Source: Bryobacterales bacterium (lineage in GTDB: Bacteria; Acidobacteriota; Terriglobia; Bryobacterales; UBA6623). Taken from it: a stretch of 64,000 nt of DNA. The stretch is taken from assembly GCA_965238045.1 (NCBI GenBank), contig CBDEGU010000011.1, positions 474,281 through 538,280 on the forward strand, given 5' to 3'. Both the position numbers and the translations under genes were made by a program. The first letter of the stretch is position 1, and each line of letters begins with the position of its first letter. Below are positions 42,150 to 51,876 of this stretch, one piece after another. The notes beneath the pieces are model-generated. The model did not search any database. It was not told the DNA's origin and saw only the letters and a program-made list of their open reading frames with translations.

Positions 42150-42455
42150 CGGAAAGGATAGATCACCGCGATCCCCCGACCGTTTCCTGGCCAGGACAGA
42201 AAGCTCGCCCCGCGGTTCATCACCTCCTCGAATCACAGAGGAGAGGGTGACCGCCAAGGCGAGTCTTCGGACAGCTCTCGAAGGTGGACATCCACCGCGA
42301 AGGGCTACGAGCGCAGTCGTGCACCATCGCCGCGCGGAACAACTGCGCGGAGCGGCCGCGCGAGAGAACCCTTCGCCCGGAACCGCCTGCAACTTCCGGC
42401 TGGGGCGGCTCGCCGGGATCACATAGTCGGAACGAGAAGCGTCTCTCACTTTTTT
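42150..42455 (+). ncRNA. Candidate structured non-coding RNA (unassigned)
   Basis: Several nested stems closed by gatccc/gggatc, a cUUCGg loop, and a final hairpin plus T6; no credible ORF. Confidence 0.45.
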
Positions 42456-43095
42456 GAAATTGTTTTGAATCTGAAAAAGAAGCACCGCGAAGAACGAAGC
42501 TAGCAAGCCCAGCCAGCCAGCAACCTCAGCCAGTCACCTAACCCATCCGCTAGACCAAGCAGTGGCGCTAGGGCGAGATACCGTCGAGCCCCTCAACCCG
42601 CCCATAGCCACCAAACATCCGAAAAACCGGGCAAATCCCGGCAAAAACGACGCCCAAGAGCCTTTCTCCGACCCAACCTCAGCCGCTTCCCTCACAAAAA
42701 AAACTAAAAAAATCGCCAAAAACCGGGCATTTCCGGACAAAAGCGCACCCGGCCGGTTCGCTCGGCTGCAACGACAGGACTGAAGCAACCGCCACCAGCA
42801 CCGCTTCCAACGGGCCACCGAGCACCGTGATATGATTTCTGCCATGCGCATTTGCGGGTCTTTGCTGCTAGCTTTGTTGCTCCCCATGGCCGCCAGGCTC
42901 TCGACGCCGCCACCGGCTCAGGCCCAAGCGGCGTAAACTACAGGTTCCGGAGAGCCGCTTGTTTCAACGGAATTCCGGACATCCTCCGGCCGGGTTCCAT
43001 GTGCGCGCGGAGGTCGGGGGCAGCTCCCGAACTGTGGGGGAATACAGGCGTTTTCTGCTGAGCCATGGCTCGTGTGGTGGCGGCGGGGGGCCGCA

Positions 43096-43133
43096 GGAAA
43101 AGCCGCGGATCTCAAAACCGAGATCCGCGCTAC
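43096..43133 (-). repeat. GTAG-type REP hairpin (reverse copy)
   Basis: rc gtagcgcggatctcggttttgagatccgcggcttttcc; 1 mismatch to the 41367 copy. Confidence 0.78.
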
Positions 43134-43442
43134 GGGTCGGCTATCTCGACAGTGTCCGTGAGCGTCGCGGCGGAGCGCCGTTACGCTGCTCGGCTATTGC
43201 CTGATGAGGAGTCACGCCCGTCTGGTGGCGAGCCCCGAGCGCCCCGATTCGCTCGCTTGCGCCACGGGGCAGGGGTCTGGCCGGCGGAACGGGAATGGCC
43301 GGTTTTCTGTCGACATTTTAGACTCTCGATCACGTTCAACTACAAGTGTTTGTCGCCGGAGTTTTCCGCCGGGATAGACGCCTCGAGGCGCAGAATGCGC
43401 TGGGCAGCCACTCTGAGGGGGTACGGGGGCGTTGCGGGGTTG

Positions 43443-44930
43443 CTAGTCGTCGATGCGGCGGGGGACTAGGGGCTGGGTGGCTTCCATGGCTCGCATCTGG
43501 TCGAGGGTGATGTCTTCGCCTTGCTCGTGATACTCCTGGTCTACGTTCACCTTCCAGAGGTCGTAGCGGGCGCCGAGAATGTTGCGCACCGCCAGCATGG
43601 AGGTGAGCATGGAGTGGTCCTGGTTGTTGTAGCGGTGCATGCCGTTGCGGCCGACGAGCTGCAGGTTGGGCAGTTTGGCGAGAAAGGCGCGCATGATGTC
43701 CATCGCGGCGGCGTAGTCGCGATCGTAGATGGGATAGGCTTTGCGCATACGAACGACCGCGCCGTCGGTGACGTCCGCCGGATCGGCCAACTCTAGCTGG
43801 CCGATCTCGCGCTTGCCCCGCTCGATGAGATCTTCGTCGGAACTGGACCAGAGGGAGTCGCCCTCGAAGCAGAAATACTCCAACCCCAGACAGGAAGTTT
43901 CGGGGTCGGGGACCATTTCCGGACTCCAATTGCCGAAATTCTGGATGCGGCCCATGGCGACGGCGGAATCGTGGATGTAGATCCAGTTGTCGGGAAAGAG
44001 ACCGGTCCGGCGAAGAATTAACGCCACGGTGAGAAAGTCGCGGTAACGCAGACGCCGGGCGGCTTCGAGAATTTCCGGAGGCGGAGCGGGCGAGAGCGCC
44101 TCAATGAGATCGAGCACGGCGATGCTGCTGATAAAATGCCGTCCGGCGTAGGAGCGGCCTCCGGCCTCGATGCGCCCCACGCCGGTTTCGTCCCAATGAA
44201 TCCGGGTCACTGGAGACTTCATGACGACCGACGAGCCCATGTGCTCGACGAGTTCGGTGGTGCGTTCCCACATCATGCCGGGGCCGTGGCGGGGATAGGC
44301 AAACTCGTCAATGAGAGTCTTGACGACATCGCCGCGGCGTTTGGCGGTCTCTCCAAAAATGGCGTTCTTAATGGCGGTGGCGAGGGAGAGTCCTTGGATG
44401 CGCTGCGCGGCCCATTCGGCCTGGATCTTGTCGCATGGTATGCCCCAGACCTTCTCTGTATAAGTGCGGAAGAAGATCTCAAAGAGGCGGCGGCCGAAAC
44501 GGTTCGAGATCCAGGTGGCGAAATCGTCCTCGGGCAGCTGAGGCGAAAGGCGCGCCATGCCATAGCTGGCGATACATCGCACGGTCTCGAAGATGCCCAA
44601 GCCGGTGAGGGCGTTGAGGGGCTTGAGCGGATAGGAGAAAAACTTGCCGTTGTAGTGGATGCGGGAAAGACGCGATCGCTGGAGAAGATCGTCGCCAAGA
44701 ATCTCGTGCCAGAGCTTTTCGACCGCCGGAACCTTGGTGAAAAATCGGTGGCCGCCGATGTCAAAGCGGTAGCCCTTGTAGAGGACGGTTTTCGATAAAC
44801 CGCCAACGGTATCGCCGGCTTCGAGCGTTGTGGAGGTGAGGCCGGCCTTAGCGAGTTCGTAGGCCGCGGTGAGTCCGGCCGGGCCAGCGCCGAGGATGAC
44901 TACGGGAATGACTGCGGGGGTTGGTTCCAC
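43443..44930 (-). CDS. FAD-dependent oxidoreductase (HemY/UDP-galactopyranose mutase-like)
   Basis: ILGAGPAGLTAA, FDIGGHRFF, YTEKVWG, GRNGMHRYNNQDHSM. Confidence 0.88.
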   Translation of the reverse strand: MEPTPAVIPVVILGAGPAGLTAAYELAKAGLTSTTLEAGDTVGGLSKTVLYKGYRFDIGGHRFFTKVPAVEKLWHEILGDDLLQRSRLSRIHYNGKFFSYPLKPLNALTGLGIFETVRCIASYGMARLSPQLPEDDFATWISNRFGRRLFEIFFRTYTEKVWGIPCDKIQAEWAAQRIQGLSLATAIKNAIFGETAKRRGDVVKTLIDEFAYPRHGPGMMWERTTELVEHMGSSVVMKSPVTRIHWDETGVGRIEAGGRSYAGRHFISSIAVLDLIEALSPAPPPEILEAARRLRYRDFLTVALILRRTGLFPDNWIYIHDSAVAMGRIQNFGNWSPEMVPDPETSCLGLEYFCFEGDSLWSSSDEDLIERGKREIGQLELADPADVTDGAVVRMRKAYPIYDRDYAAAMDIMRAFLAKLPNLQLVGRNGMHRYNNQDHSMLTSMLAVRNILGARYDLWKVNVDQEYHEQGEDITLDQMRAMEATQPLVPRRIDD

Positions 44931-45126
44931 GGAAAACTCATATGGTAACAGAGCGCTAGATGGGGGGGCGCCGGATGGGGGGCGGCGGATGGGGGGCGGC
45001 GGGGACTTTTTACTTTGCGCAAAAGGCGGACTTGCTACTTTGCGCTGAGCTGGTTTGTGGTCTGGTTGACGCACGACGGGCAAGCTGGCCACAATAAGGG
45101 CTGGCCCGGAAATTTCCACTTGCAGT

Positions 45127-45203
45127 GCGCCCGTAGCTCAGATGGATAGAGCGCTTGCCTCCGGAGCAAGAGGTCGCGCGTTCGAATCGCGCCGGGCGTA
45201 CCA
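45127..45203 (+). tRNA. tRNA-Arg (CCG)
   Basis: gcgcccg/cgggcgt acceptor, cttgc-ctccgga-gcaag anticodon arm, ttcgaat, CCA; TTGACG-18-CACAAT upstream. Confidence 0.97.
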
Positions 45204-45375
45204 AGACCCCTCTTATTTTTATTTTTCAAAGGCTTACGCTCGTAGCGTTTCTTGCCGGTCCCCCGGCGGGAGCGCTATGGGGCTGTTTTTGGTCGATTTT
45301 GTGGCCCATTTGTGGACCAAAGCGGACTAAGGAGGGAGGGCGCGACGGGTCCGGCCCGACTCCCGCCACGGGCTG

Positions 45376-47622
45376 CTAGGCGGCGGGAAGGCGGAAAGTG
45401 TTGCGGGCGGCGCCGACCAAGCGGTCCGTCATCATCCGCGCGGCGGAGAGCAATCGCTTCTTGTCGAGGGAAGGGATCTGGTCTAACACCGAAGCAGACG
45501 AGCCGACCCCGTTGTGTTGAGCGGCAGCGGGGCTTGTGACCCGGCTGGCCGGCACAGGAAAGTTGCTGCCGATCTTCCAGTAGAGGGATGGCGCATAGGG
45601 CGCGCGCTCAGCGGCGCCGGTCTGCTGTTGCTCTCTCACGGCGGCGGCCAGGGTGTAGGCCGACAGGAAAGACGGCCTGGCGGCGAGGAGCCGGCGAAAT
45701 TCCCCCGCCGGCACGGGCCGGCTGGCGAGAAACCCTTGCAATTGATCGCAGCCCTGCCCGCACAAGAATTCGGCCTGCGCCACATCTTCGACGCCCTCGG
45801 CCGTAATGTGAAAATCGAGGTCGTGAGCTAGCTGAATGACCGCTTTGGCCAGCGCCGCCGCATGCCGGTCCGAATTCACCTCGGTGATGAACGAGCGGTC
45901 CAGCTTGAGTGTATCGGCCGGAAACTTTCTCAAGTAGCCAAGCGAGGAATACCCGGTGCCGAAGTCATCAATGGCGATGCGGACACCGTCTCCCTGAAGC
46001 GATCGCAGGACCACCGAGGCAGTCTTCAGACTTTCGATCAGAACACTTTCGGTAACCTCAAGTTCAAGAAGTTCCGGCGCCAAGCCGGAGTCAGCGAGGG
46101 CCCGGCGCACAGTGCGGGCAAACCCCGAACGGGCAAGCTGACGGGCCGAGACATTGACGCAAATCTTGACAGGATCGGAACCTTCCTGGCGCCAGCTTTG
46201 TGCCTCTTCGCAAGCCGTGCGAAGCACCCATTCTCCAAGCGAGATGATAAGGTCGGACTCTTCGGCGCAGGGAATGAACTCACTCGGGGGGACGCTCTTG
46301 CCATCGGCGCGAGTCCAGCGAGCCAGCGCCTCGGCGCCGCAGATGCGCCCGTTTTTCATGCTGATGATGGGCTGATAGTGAAGGAAAATTTCGCCCCGTT
46401 CCTGAGCCTTCCGCAGGTCGTTTTGCAGGCTCCATGACTGGACTGTGCTGTCGTACATCGAGGGGGTAAAAACCTTGGTCCTTCCCTTGCCCTCGCTCTT
46501 GGCCGAGTACATCGCGATGTCGGCGTTGCGGATCAGATCCTCGGGGTCTTTGAACTTGACGGTGCTGGGCACCAGACCGATGCTGGCCTGAGTGAGCACC
46601 TCGTGCTCACTGAGCTGAAACGGCTCGCCAATCGCCTTCTGGAGGCGCTTGGCTACTTGCTCGGCTTCACTGAAATCGTGCAGGTTGCGCAGCAGAACGA
46701 CAAACTCGTCTCCGCCAAAACGCGCAACGACATCGCCCGGCCGGACACAGGTCGTCAGGCGGCTGGCAATACTGGCCAGCAATTCATCACCCACCACGTG
46801 TCCAAGACTGTCGTTGACGCCCTTAAAGCCGTCGATATCCATGAAGACGAGCGCGAACAAGGACTTCGAACCGGTCTTGGCCTGATCCACGGCATTATTC
46901 AGGTTGGCGAGGAATGAGTTCCGATTGGGAAGTCCGGTGACACGGTCGTGGAATGCGTCATGGATCAGACGCTGTTCGACATCAATGAGCCGGGTCACAT
47001 CGGTCTGCGAACCGGCAATCTCAATCGCCTTCCCGTTTTCGTCGCGCACGGCGCGGCCCCGGCAAAGAACCCAGCGGTAGGTGCCGTCGCGGTGCCGAAT
47101 GCGGTATTCGCTGCGGAACTGTTCGGTCTTGCCGTTGAGATGAGCCGAGAGATCCATGCGGAGCCCCGGCAGGTAGTCGGCATGAACAGCGTTAAACCAC
47201 TCCGAGGAGTTCGGCTCGAGTTCGCTGGGTTTGTAGCCGAGCGTCCGCGCCCACTCGGTCGATACGGTAAAGCGCTTCGTTTGCAGATCCCAGTGCCAGA
47301 GACCTTCGGTCGCCGACTCGACCGCCCTGTCCCGCCAGGAGGCGGCGGCCGGGGCGGACGGCTGTTCGCGAGTGCCTTCGTCGACCGCGGCTGGGAGCCG
47401 CGGAGCGCTCTCGGGTTGAAGGGAACTCGATCCGTTCCACCTGCCCGACAGAAAGAAGAGCAGGGGTCCGGCAACGAGTAAGATAAGGAAAAGCCCCAGG
47501 GCCGGAATGAGAGTCCCGGCAGAAGGGAAATCCATAGCAGCCGGCAAGAGCACGAACTCACCGGCAAGCAAGATCAGCAGGGATGTCCTGACGAGGACCG
47601 GCGGGATACGGGTATGTTGCAT
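45376..47622 (-). CDS. Membrane-anchored PAS-GGDEF-EAL c-di-GMP enzyme
   Basis: 2 TM, PAS (YRIRHRDG.YRW), ARFGGDEF, GAEALARW, IDDFGTGYSSL. Confidence 0.95.
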   Translation of the reverse strand: MQHTRIPPVLVRTSLLILLAGEFVLLPAAMDFPSAGTLIPALGLFLILLVAGPLLFFLSGRWNGSSSLQPESAPRLPAAVDEGTREQPSAPAAASWRDRAVESATEGLWHWDLQTKRFTVSTEWARTLGYKPSELEPNSSEWFNAVHADYLPGLRMDLSAHLNGKTEQFRSEYRIRHRDGTYRWVLCRGRAVRDENGKAIEIAGSQTDVTRLIDVEQRLIHDAFHDRVTGLPNRNSFLANLNNAVDQAKTGSKSLFALVFMDIDGFKGVNDSLGHVVGDELLASIASRLTTCVRPGDVVARFGGDEFVVLLRNLHDFSEAEQVAKRLQKAIGEPFQLSEHEVLTQASIGLVPSTVKFKDPEDLIRNADIAMYSAKSEGKGRTKVFTPSMYDSTVQSWSLQNDLRKAQERGEIFLHYQPIISMKNGRICGAEALARWTRADGKSVPPSEFIPCAEESDLIISLGEWVLRTACEEAQSWRQEGSDPVKICVNVSARQLARSGFARTVRRALADSGLAPELLELEVTESVLIESLKTASVVLRSLQGDGVRIAIDDFGTGYSSLGYLRKFPADTLKLDRSFITEVNSDRHAAALAKAVIQLAHDLDFHITAEGVEDVAQAEFLCGQGCDQLQGFLASRPVPAGEFRRLLAARPSFLSAYTLAAAVREQQQTGAAERAPYAPSLYWKIGSNFPVPASRVTSPAAAQHNGVGSSASVLDQIPSLDKKRLLSAARMMTDRLVGAARNTFRLPAA

Positions 47623-48169
47623 ATCTTTCCAGATTGTGGAGATCTGTACTATGAGTATATTTTATTGGGCCGAGCCTGTCGATAGGGTATTAGTTTTGTT
47701 GGAGCTAGTACGAACTACCTATCCGCCGTCAAGACTCGATTCTGGGCAATAGCTTGGGCCTGGCGGGCTGGAACCATCGGATCCCGCGGCGACTCTGGAA
47801 GCGCACATTCTGGTGAACTCCGGGCACGTTGCGCTCCTTTACCTCACCTGGAAATAGCCTATCTTTGGGGAAACGGCACTCTGAGAGGCCAGCATCCCGG
47901 TGGCGCCCATTCGGCGCGGACTCGGTGCCCTCTGGAACCCGCCGTGAAGTTCGCACCGGAACCATCTGATGATCGGGCCGAGCGCGACTCGATTCTTGGT
48001 AGTACGTTCTGCCTCCAACCGGCCCGGCGCCGCGCCGCTCGTACCATGCCAGGGGCCGGGAAATAAAACTTGGATAAGCCCTTCTACCTAAAAAAATTCG
48101 GTACTGGTGCTCCATTCTCAAAAAGCTCCGAGAATGCGACTATAGGGGTGATCGGAACAGAGACCACCC

Positions 48170-48415
48170 ATGGCCACGACTCACCCAAGATGCAATCGAA
48201 ACACGACTGAACGGCTCAGACGCAGCGTAGCGATCCTGGCGGTTGTCGAGCAACAAAGAAATACCACGCGAGATCCCCGGCTTGGGGCGGGTCTGGAATC
48301 GTTCCTTATCACCCGTGAGCTTCGTGATCTCGAAAATGCGTGCCGAGCCGAAGAGTCCGCTTTGGGCGAACCCATCCCTGAAGTTTTCGTGGCCCGGGTC
48401 CGGAAGATCAGCTAG
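48170..48415 (+). CDS. Small hypothetical protein
   Basis: 81-aa helical-looking ORF in a 1-kb gap; no recognisable motif. Confidence 0.35.
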   Translation: MATTHPRCNRNTTERLRRSVAILAVVEQQRNTTRDPRLGAGLESFLITRELRDLENACRAEESALGEPIPEVFVARVRKIS

Positions 48416-48733
48416 CCGGAGTTGCACGCCAGCCCCGGGCAGGACTCTGCTCGCCACCGCCGGCCTGACTCTTACCCCCTCTTTACTATTTACTGCTTGC
48501 ACCTTACCCGCCGCACCTCACCCGCACGTGGGCGTTGGTTCCACGTTGCCGGGGTTCCTGTCATGCTCCAGGCGTTTGTCAGGAAAGGGAAGGCTCGATA
48601 TGAGGCTGGCCGCGGGTCACGGGCCGGCGATGGACCGGTTGGGATCGGCTGAGGGAGCAATTTATATAAAACGAGAATGACAAGAAATGTTGTAGCATAG
48701 TTGATGAGCTCGCATGATTATGAGGAGCCTAAC

Positions 48734-49393
48734 ATGACTCTGCGTCTTGTCTTCGCGCTGGTACTCTCGACCGCGATTTTGACCGCCGCCAGCAAACCGG
48801 TCGAGCGGGCCCTGCGGGCGGCCGAGGTTCTCGAAGAGGTGATGGGTACGCCCGAGCAGGGGATTCCGATGGAGTTGATGAGCAAGTGCCAGTGCATTGC
48901 CATTATCCCGGGCGTAAAGAAGATTGGTTTCGGACTGGGGGCCAAGTACGGCAAGGGTGTGCTGATGTGCCGCGGCAAGGAAGACCGCGGCTGGACCGGG
49001 CCCTCGACGGTGCGGGTGGAAGGTGGCAGCATCGGGTTTCAGATCGGAGGCAGCTCGACCGACTATGTGTTGCTGGTGATGAACCGGCGCGGGGCCGAAA
49101 AGTTACTGTCGAGCAAATTCACCCTGGGCGCCGACGCCTCCGTGGCAGGCGGGCCGGTCGGACGCAGCGCCCAGGCGCAAACCGATGCACAATTGCGTGC
49201 TGAAATTCTTTCGTATTCCCGGTCGCGAGGCGCGTTTGCCGGGGTCTCGCTCGAAGGCGCGACTCTGCGTCCGGATCACGATGACAACAGCGTCGAGCCG
49301 AAACAAGTGCTGTCCGCGGAAATTTCCGCGCCGCCGAGCGTGCAACCTCTGACCGATACGTTGAACAAGTACTCGGCGGCGAAACACCGCTAG
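48734..49393 (+). CDS. Lipid-binding SYLF (YSC84) domain protein
   Basis: GAGGAG RBS, signal peptide, GGSIGFQIG, LGADASVAGGPVGR, YSRSRGAFAGVSLEG. Confidence 0.92.
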   Translation: MTLRLVFALVLSTAILTAASKPVERALRAAEVLEEVMGTPEQGIPMELMSKCQCIAIIPGVKKIGFGLGAKYGKGVLMCRGKEDRGWTGPSTVRVEGGSIGFQIGGSSTDYVLLVMNRRGAEKLLSSKFTLGADASVAGGPVGRSAQAQTDAQLRAEILSYSRSRGAFAGVSLEGATLRPDHDDNSVEPKQVLSAEISAPPSVQPLTDTLNKYSAAKHR

Positions 49394-49454
49394 AGAGCAG
49401 ATTCCATGAGACAAGGAACTCGACGGACGCGGGAAAGGCGCGCGTGGACAGGGG

Positions 49455-49677
49455 GCGAGATTCTCACTTGCGTTCGCTCGCGGGATTTGTTTGCGGTCGT
49501 TTCCCTCGACGGCGCGACGCTGCGTCGCGCCCGCGGGGGCCATCGCCAGCTCTATCAAGGATGGGACCCCGCCGGATGGACATCTTGCCGGGCCGCGTTG
49601 CCCCTCCAGCGGCCGCCGAGCCTCTGCCCGGCGTACCGCGCAAATATTCCGGCGGGAAGAAACCACCAGCCGACTGA
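49455..49677 (+). pseudogene. C-terminal remnant of a second SYLF gene
   Basis: EILTCVRSRDLFAVVSLDGATLR...RQLY, frameshift, DILPGRVAPPAAAEPL...KYSG parallels the upstream gene. Confidence 0.7.
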
Positions 49678-49730
49678 GCGGACCCGCTCCGAGGACAGAC
49701 CGGCTCCGCCTCGGCGGTGTCGCGCCTATA

Positions 49731-50993
49731 ATGAGCACAGTGGAAGAAAAAATCAAATTCGCGGTCTTCATTGACTACGACAACATCGAAATCGGCGTAA
49801 AGTCGACTCTCAACCGGGAGTTTGACGTTCGTTGCGTACTGGAAGGGCTCAAGGAGCGGGGTGAAGTCGTCACGACGATCGCCTACGGCAACTGGGGACG
49901 CCACGGCAGCGCGGCGCGGACCTTCAGCGAGCATGGCGTGCAGATGGTTCAGCGCGACTCCACGCCCCGGGGCGACAAGAACGGGGGAGACATCAACCTC
50001 GCGCTCGACGCGCTCGAGATGGCGTTTACGCGCGAGCATATCAACGCGTTTGCCATCCTCAGCGGAGACAGCGACTTCATGTCGCTGGTGAACAAGCTCA
50101 AACAGTACAACAAGAGAGTCTACATCGTGGGAGGCAAGGCGTTCACGAGCACCATCTTGCAGCGCAACTGCCATGAGTTCATCAGCTACGAGTCGCTGCT
50201 CGATACGCCGACGGCGCGCACGCGGCGTGGCGGCTCAGCGCCGAGCAGCCGGGGACGCAAACAGCACGTATTGCCGCTACAACGGGCCCTTCCTTTGCTC
50301 GACCGCGCCGTGCGGGCGCTGGAGATGAGAAGTGTTCAGCCTCAGCTTGGTTTGCTCAAGAGCACGATGCTGCAACTCGATTCGGCCTTCACCGAGCGGG
50401 ACTACGGCACGTCGTCGTTTTCCACCTTCATTCAGAACTTGGCGAAGGAAGGACACCTAACGGTTCACACCATCGACGGGCACGCCGTCGTCGAACGGGC
50501 CGGTGAAGAAGAGCCGTCCGAGAACGGCGGAACCAGAGGCCCCGAGGATGCGATTCCTCTGCTTCGAGAGGTCTTGGCGAGGAACGCGGATATTCTCAAG
50601 ATTGGCCTTCCGGCCCGTGAAGTCGAAGCCCTGGTCACGGCGGCCGACCCGGATTTCAACGAGTCGGACTACGGCTTCAGCGAGTTCGCCGAACTGCTGA
50701 ACTTCGCGCAAGACAAGGGCATGGTTCGCGTGGAAGCCGATGCGGCGCGCGGCCTGCGCTACTATCCCGACGATGACCTCCTCAGCGGGGGAGACAGCGA
50801 CAAGCCGGCCGAGAAAGCGGCGACCGATGGCAAGAGCGATGAGCCGAAAGCAGCGCCTCGCCGCCGCACGCGGACGGGACGCCGCCGGCGCACAACGACG
50901 AAGGCCGCCGAAACCGAAACAAGCAGCGACGATGCCCAAGCGCCCTCCACGGCGGATGCCGATGATTCCGCGGCAGGCGGTGACGCGGCCTAG
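49731..50993 (+). CDS. NYN-domain (LabA/DUF88) protein with OST-HTH/LOTUS domains
   Basis: VFIDYDN, KNGGDI.LALD, LSGDSDF; two F.E.DYG..SF/EF LOTUS motifs; start at 49731 or GTG 49740. Confidence 0.9.
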   Translation: MSTVEEKIKFAVFIDYDNIEIGVKSTLNREFDVRCVLEGLKERGEVVTTIAYGNWGRHGSAARTFSEHGVQMVQRDSTPRGDKNGGDINLALDALEMAFTREHINAFAILSGDSDFMSLVNKLKQYNKRVYIVGGKAFTSTILQRNCHEFISYESLLDTPTARTRRGGSAPSSRGRKQHVLPLQRALPLLDRAVRALEMRSVQPQLGLLKSTMLQLDSAFTERDYGTSSFSTFIQNLAKEGHLTVHTIDGHAVVERAGEEEPSENGGTRGPEDAIPLLREVLARNADILKIGLPAREVEALVTAADPDFNESDYGFSEFAELLNFAQDKGMVRVEADAARGLRYYPDDDLLSGGDSDKPAEKAATDGKSDEPKAAPRRRTRTGRRRRTTTKAAETETSSDDAQAPSTADADDSAAGGDAA

Positions 50994-51330
50994 GCCAAAC
51001 CCAAGGCGGCTCCGCGAAGGCGGCGCAGCCGAGCGGGAGCCAGAACCAGAACTCGTTCCAAGGCGGCGAAACCAGAAGGTTCCGGCGAATCATCCGAGGG
51101 AGAAGTGCCCTCCGAGTCGGCGGCGGGAGTTTTGTCAGCCGGCGGCGGGCCAGAAGCGCCAGTCGAGCAGGCCGATTTGCCCGAGACGGTCGATAGCGCG
51201 CCTGCTGAGGATTGACCTCGCGGGCGGCTAGGGTTTAGCGGATGCGGCCTGACCCGACAGGTTTCCGCAATCGTCGCCCCGCAAAGCAGATCATCGACCT
51301 GGGCGGGCCAGCCCAGTGCTGCCCGCAACC

Positions 51331-51603
51331 CTAGTCATCCATCTTGATCTTGAGGGCCTTCAGAAAAGCGTGGTCCTGCCGGGAGAACGAAACTTCCGAG
51401 CGCACCAATGGTTCGTCTGCTGACATTTCCGCCGCTTTCGTATTGCGCTGGTTGAACCCGATCGTCGCTTCAAGAAACAAGAACACGTCATAGCCCTCTT
51501 TGCCAATCTCCGCTGTCGCTTCGTCGATACGGTCGGAGTCAGAGAGAGACTCGCTAATCGCGTTTCCCAATTCCTGAATCAACTTTTTGAGATGGTCGTC
51601 CAC
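51331..51603 (-). CDS. Small conserved hypothetical protein
   Basis: GGAG RBS + GTG; LGNAISESL...GYDVFLFLEATIG...QDHAFLKALKI. Confidence 0.7.
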   Translation of the reverse strand: MDDHLKKLIQELGNAISESLSDSDRIDEATAEIGKEGYDVFLFLEATIGFNQRNTKAAEMSADEPLVRSEVSFSRQDHAFLKALKIKMDD

Positions 51604-51876
51604 ACTCAACTCCCTGGCTTCGGATTTGCTTGACTCGACGGTTCGGCGAAGGCGCCGGATTGCAAACCGCGATGAGTCGGGCAAGAGGAGAATTCCATTC
51701 CATCAGATTGCGCCTGGCCTTGGCAAGGAGATGTTCGCCTGAGAGGTACGCCGCGATACCGGCGCAGGTTCCCACCCAATGCCGGCCCGGTCCGTGCCCA
51801 GCAGCGACAAGGGGAAGTTCCGGGTTAGCCTTGAGAGATTGCATCGGCGGAATCGCGGAAAATCCTGTGCCCCGCT

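Noticed and set aside
42150-42455. RNase P, tmRNA, SRP or group II intron
   Set aside because: No GAGGAAAGUCC, tRNA-like ends, SRP domain IV loop or domain V motif seen
40010-43469. Assorted 60-280-aa ORFs in the gene-free zone
   Set aside because: Low complexity, run through repeats and lack domain motifs; only the stubs noted above were kept
44931-45119. Pro-rich N-terminal extension of the 43443 ORF
   Set aside because: It overlaps the tRNA promoter and a G-run tract; the Rossmann motif follows GTG 44930 closely
39903-51215. Genome-wide amber recoding or pyrrolysine use
   Set aside because: TAG terminates well-conserved genes (serS, BMC-H, IS256 transposase) at expected positions; no CUA tRNA seen
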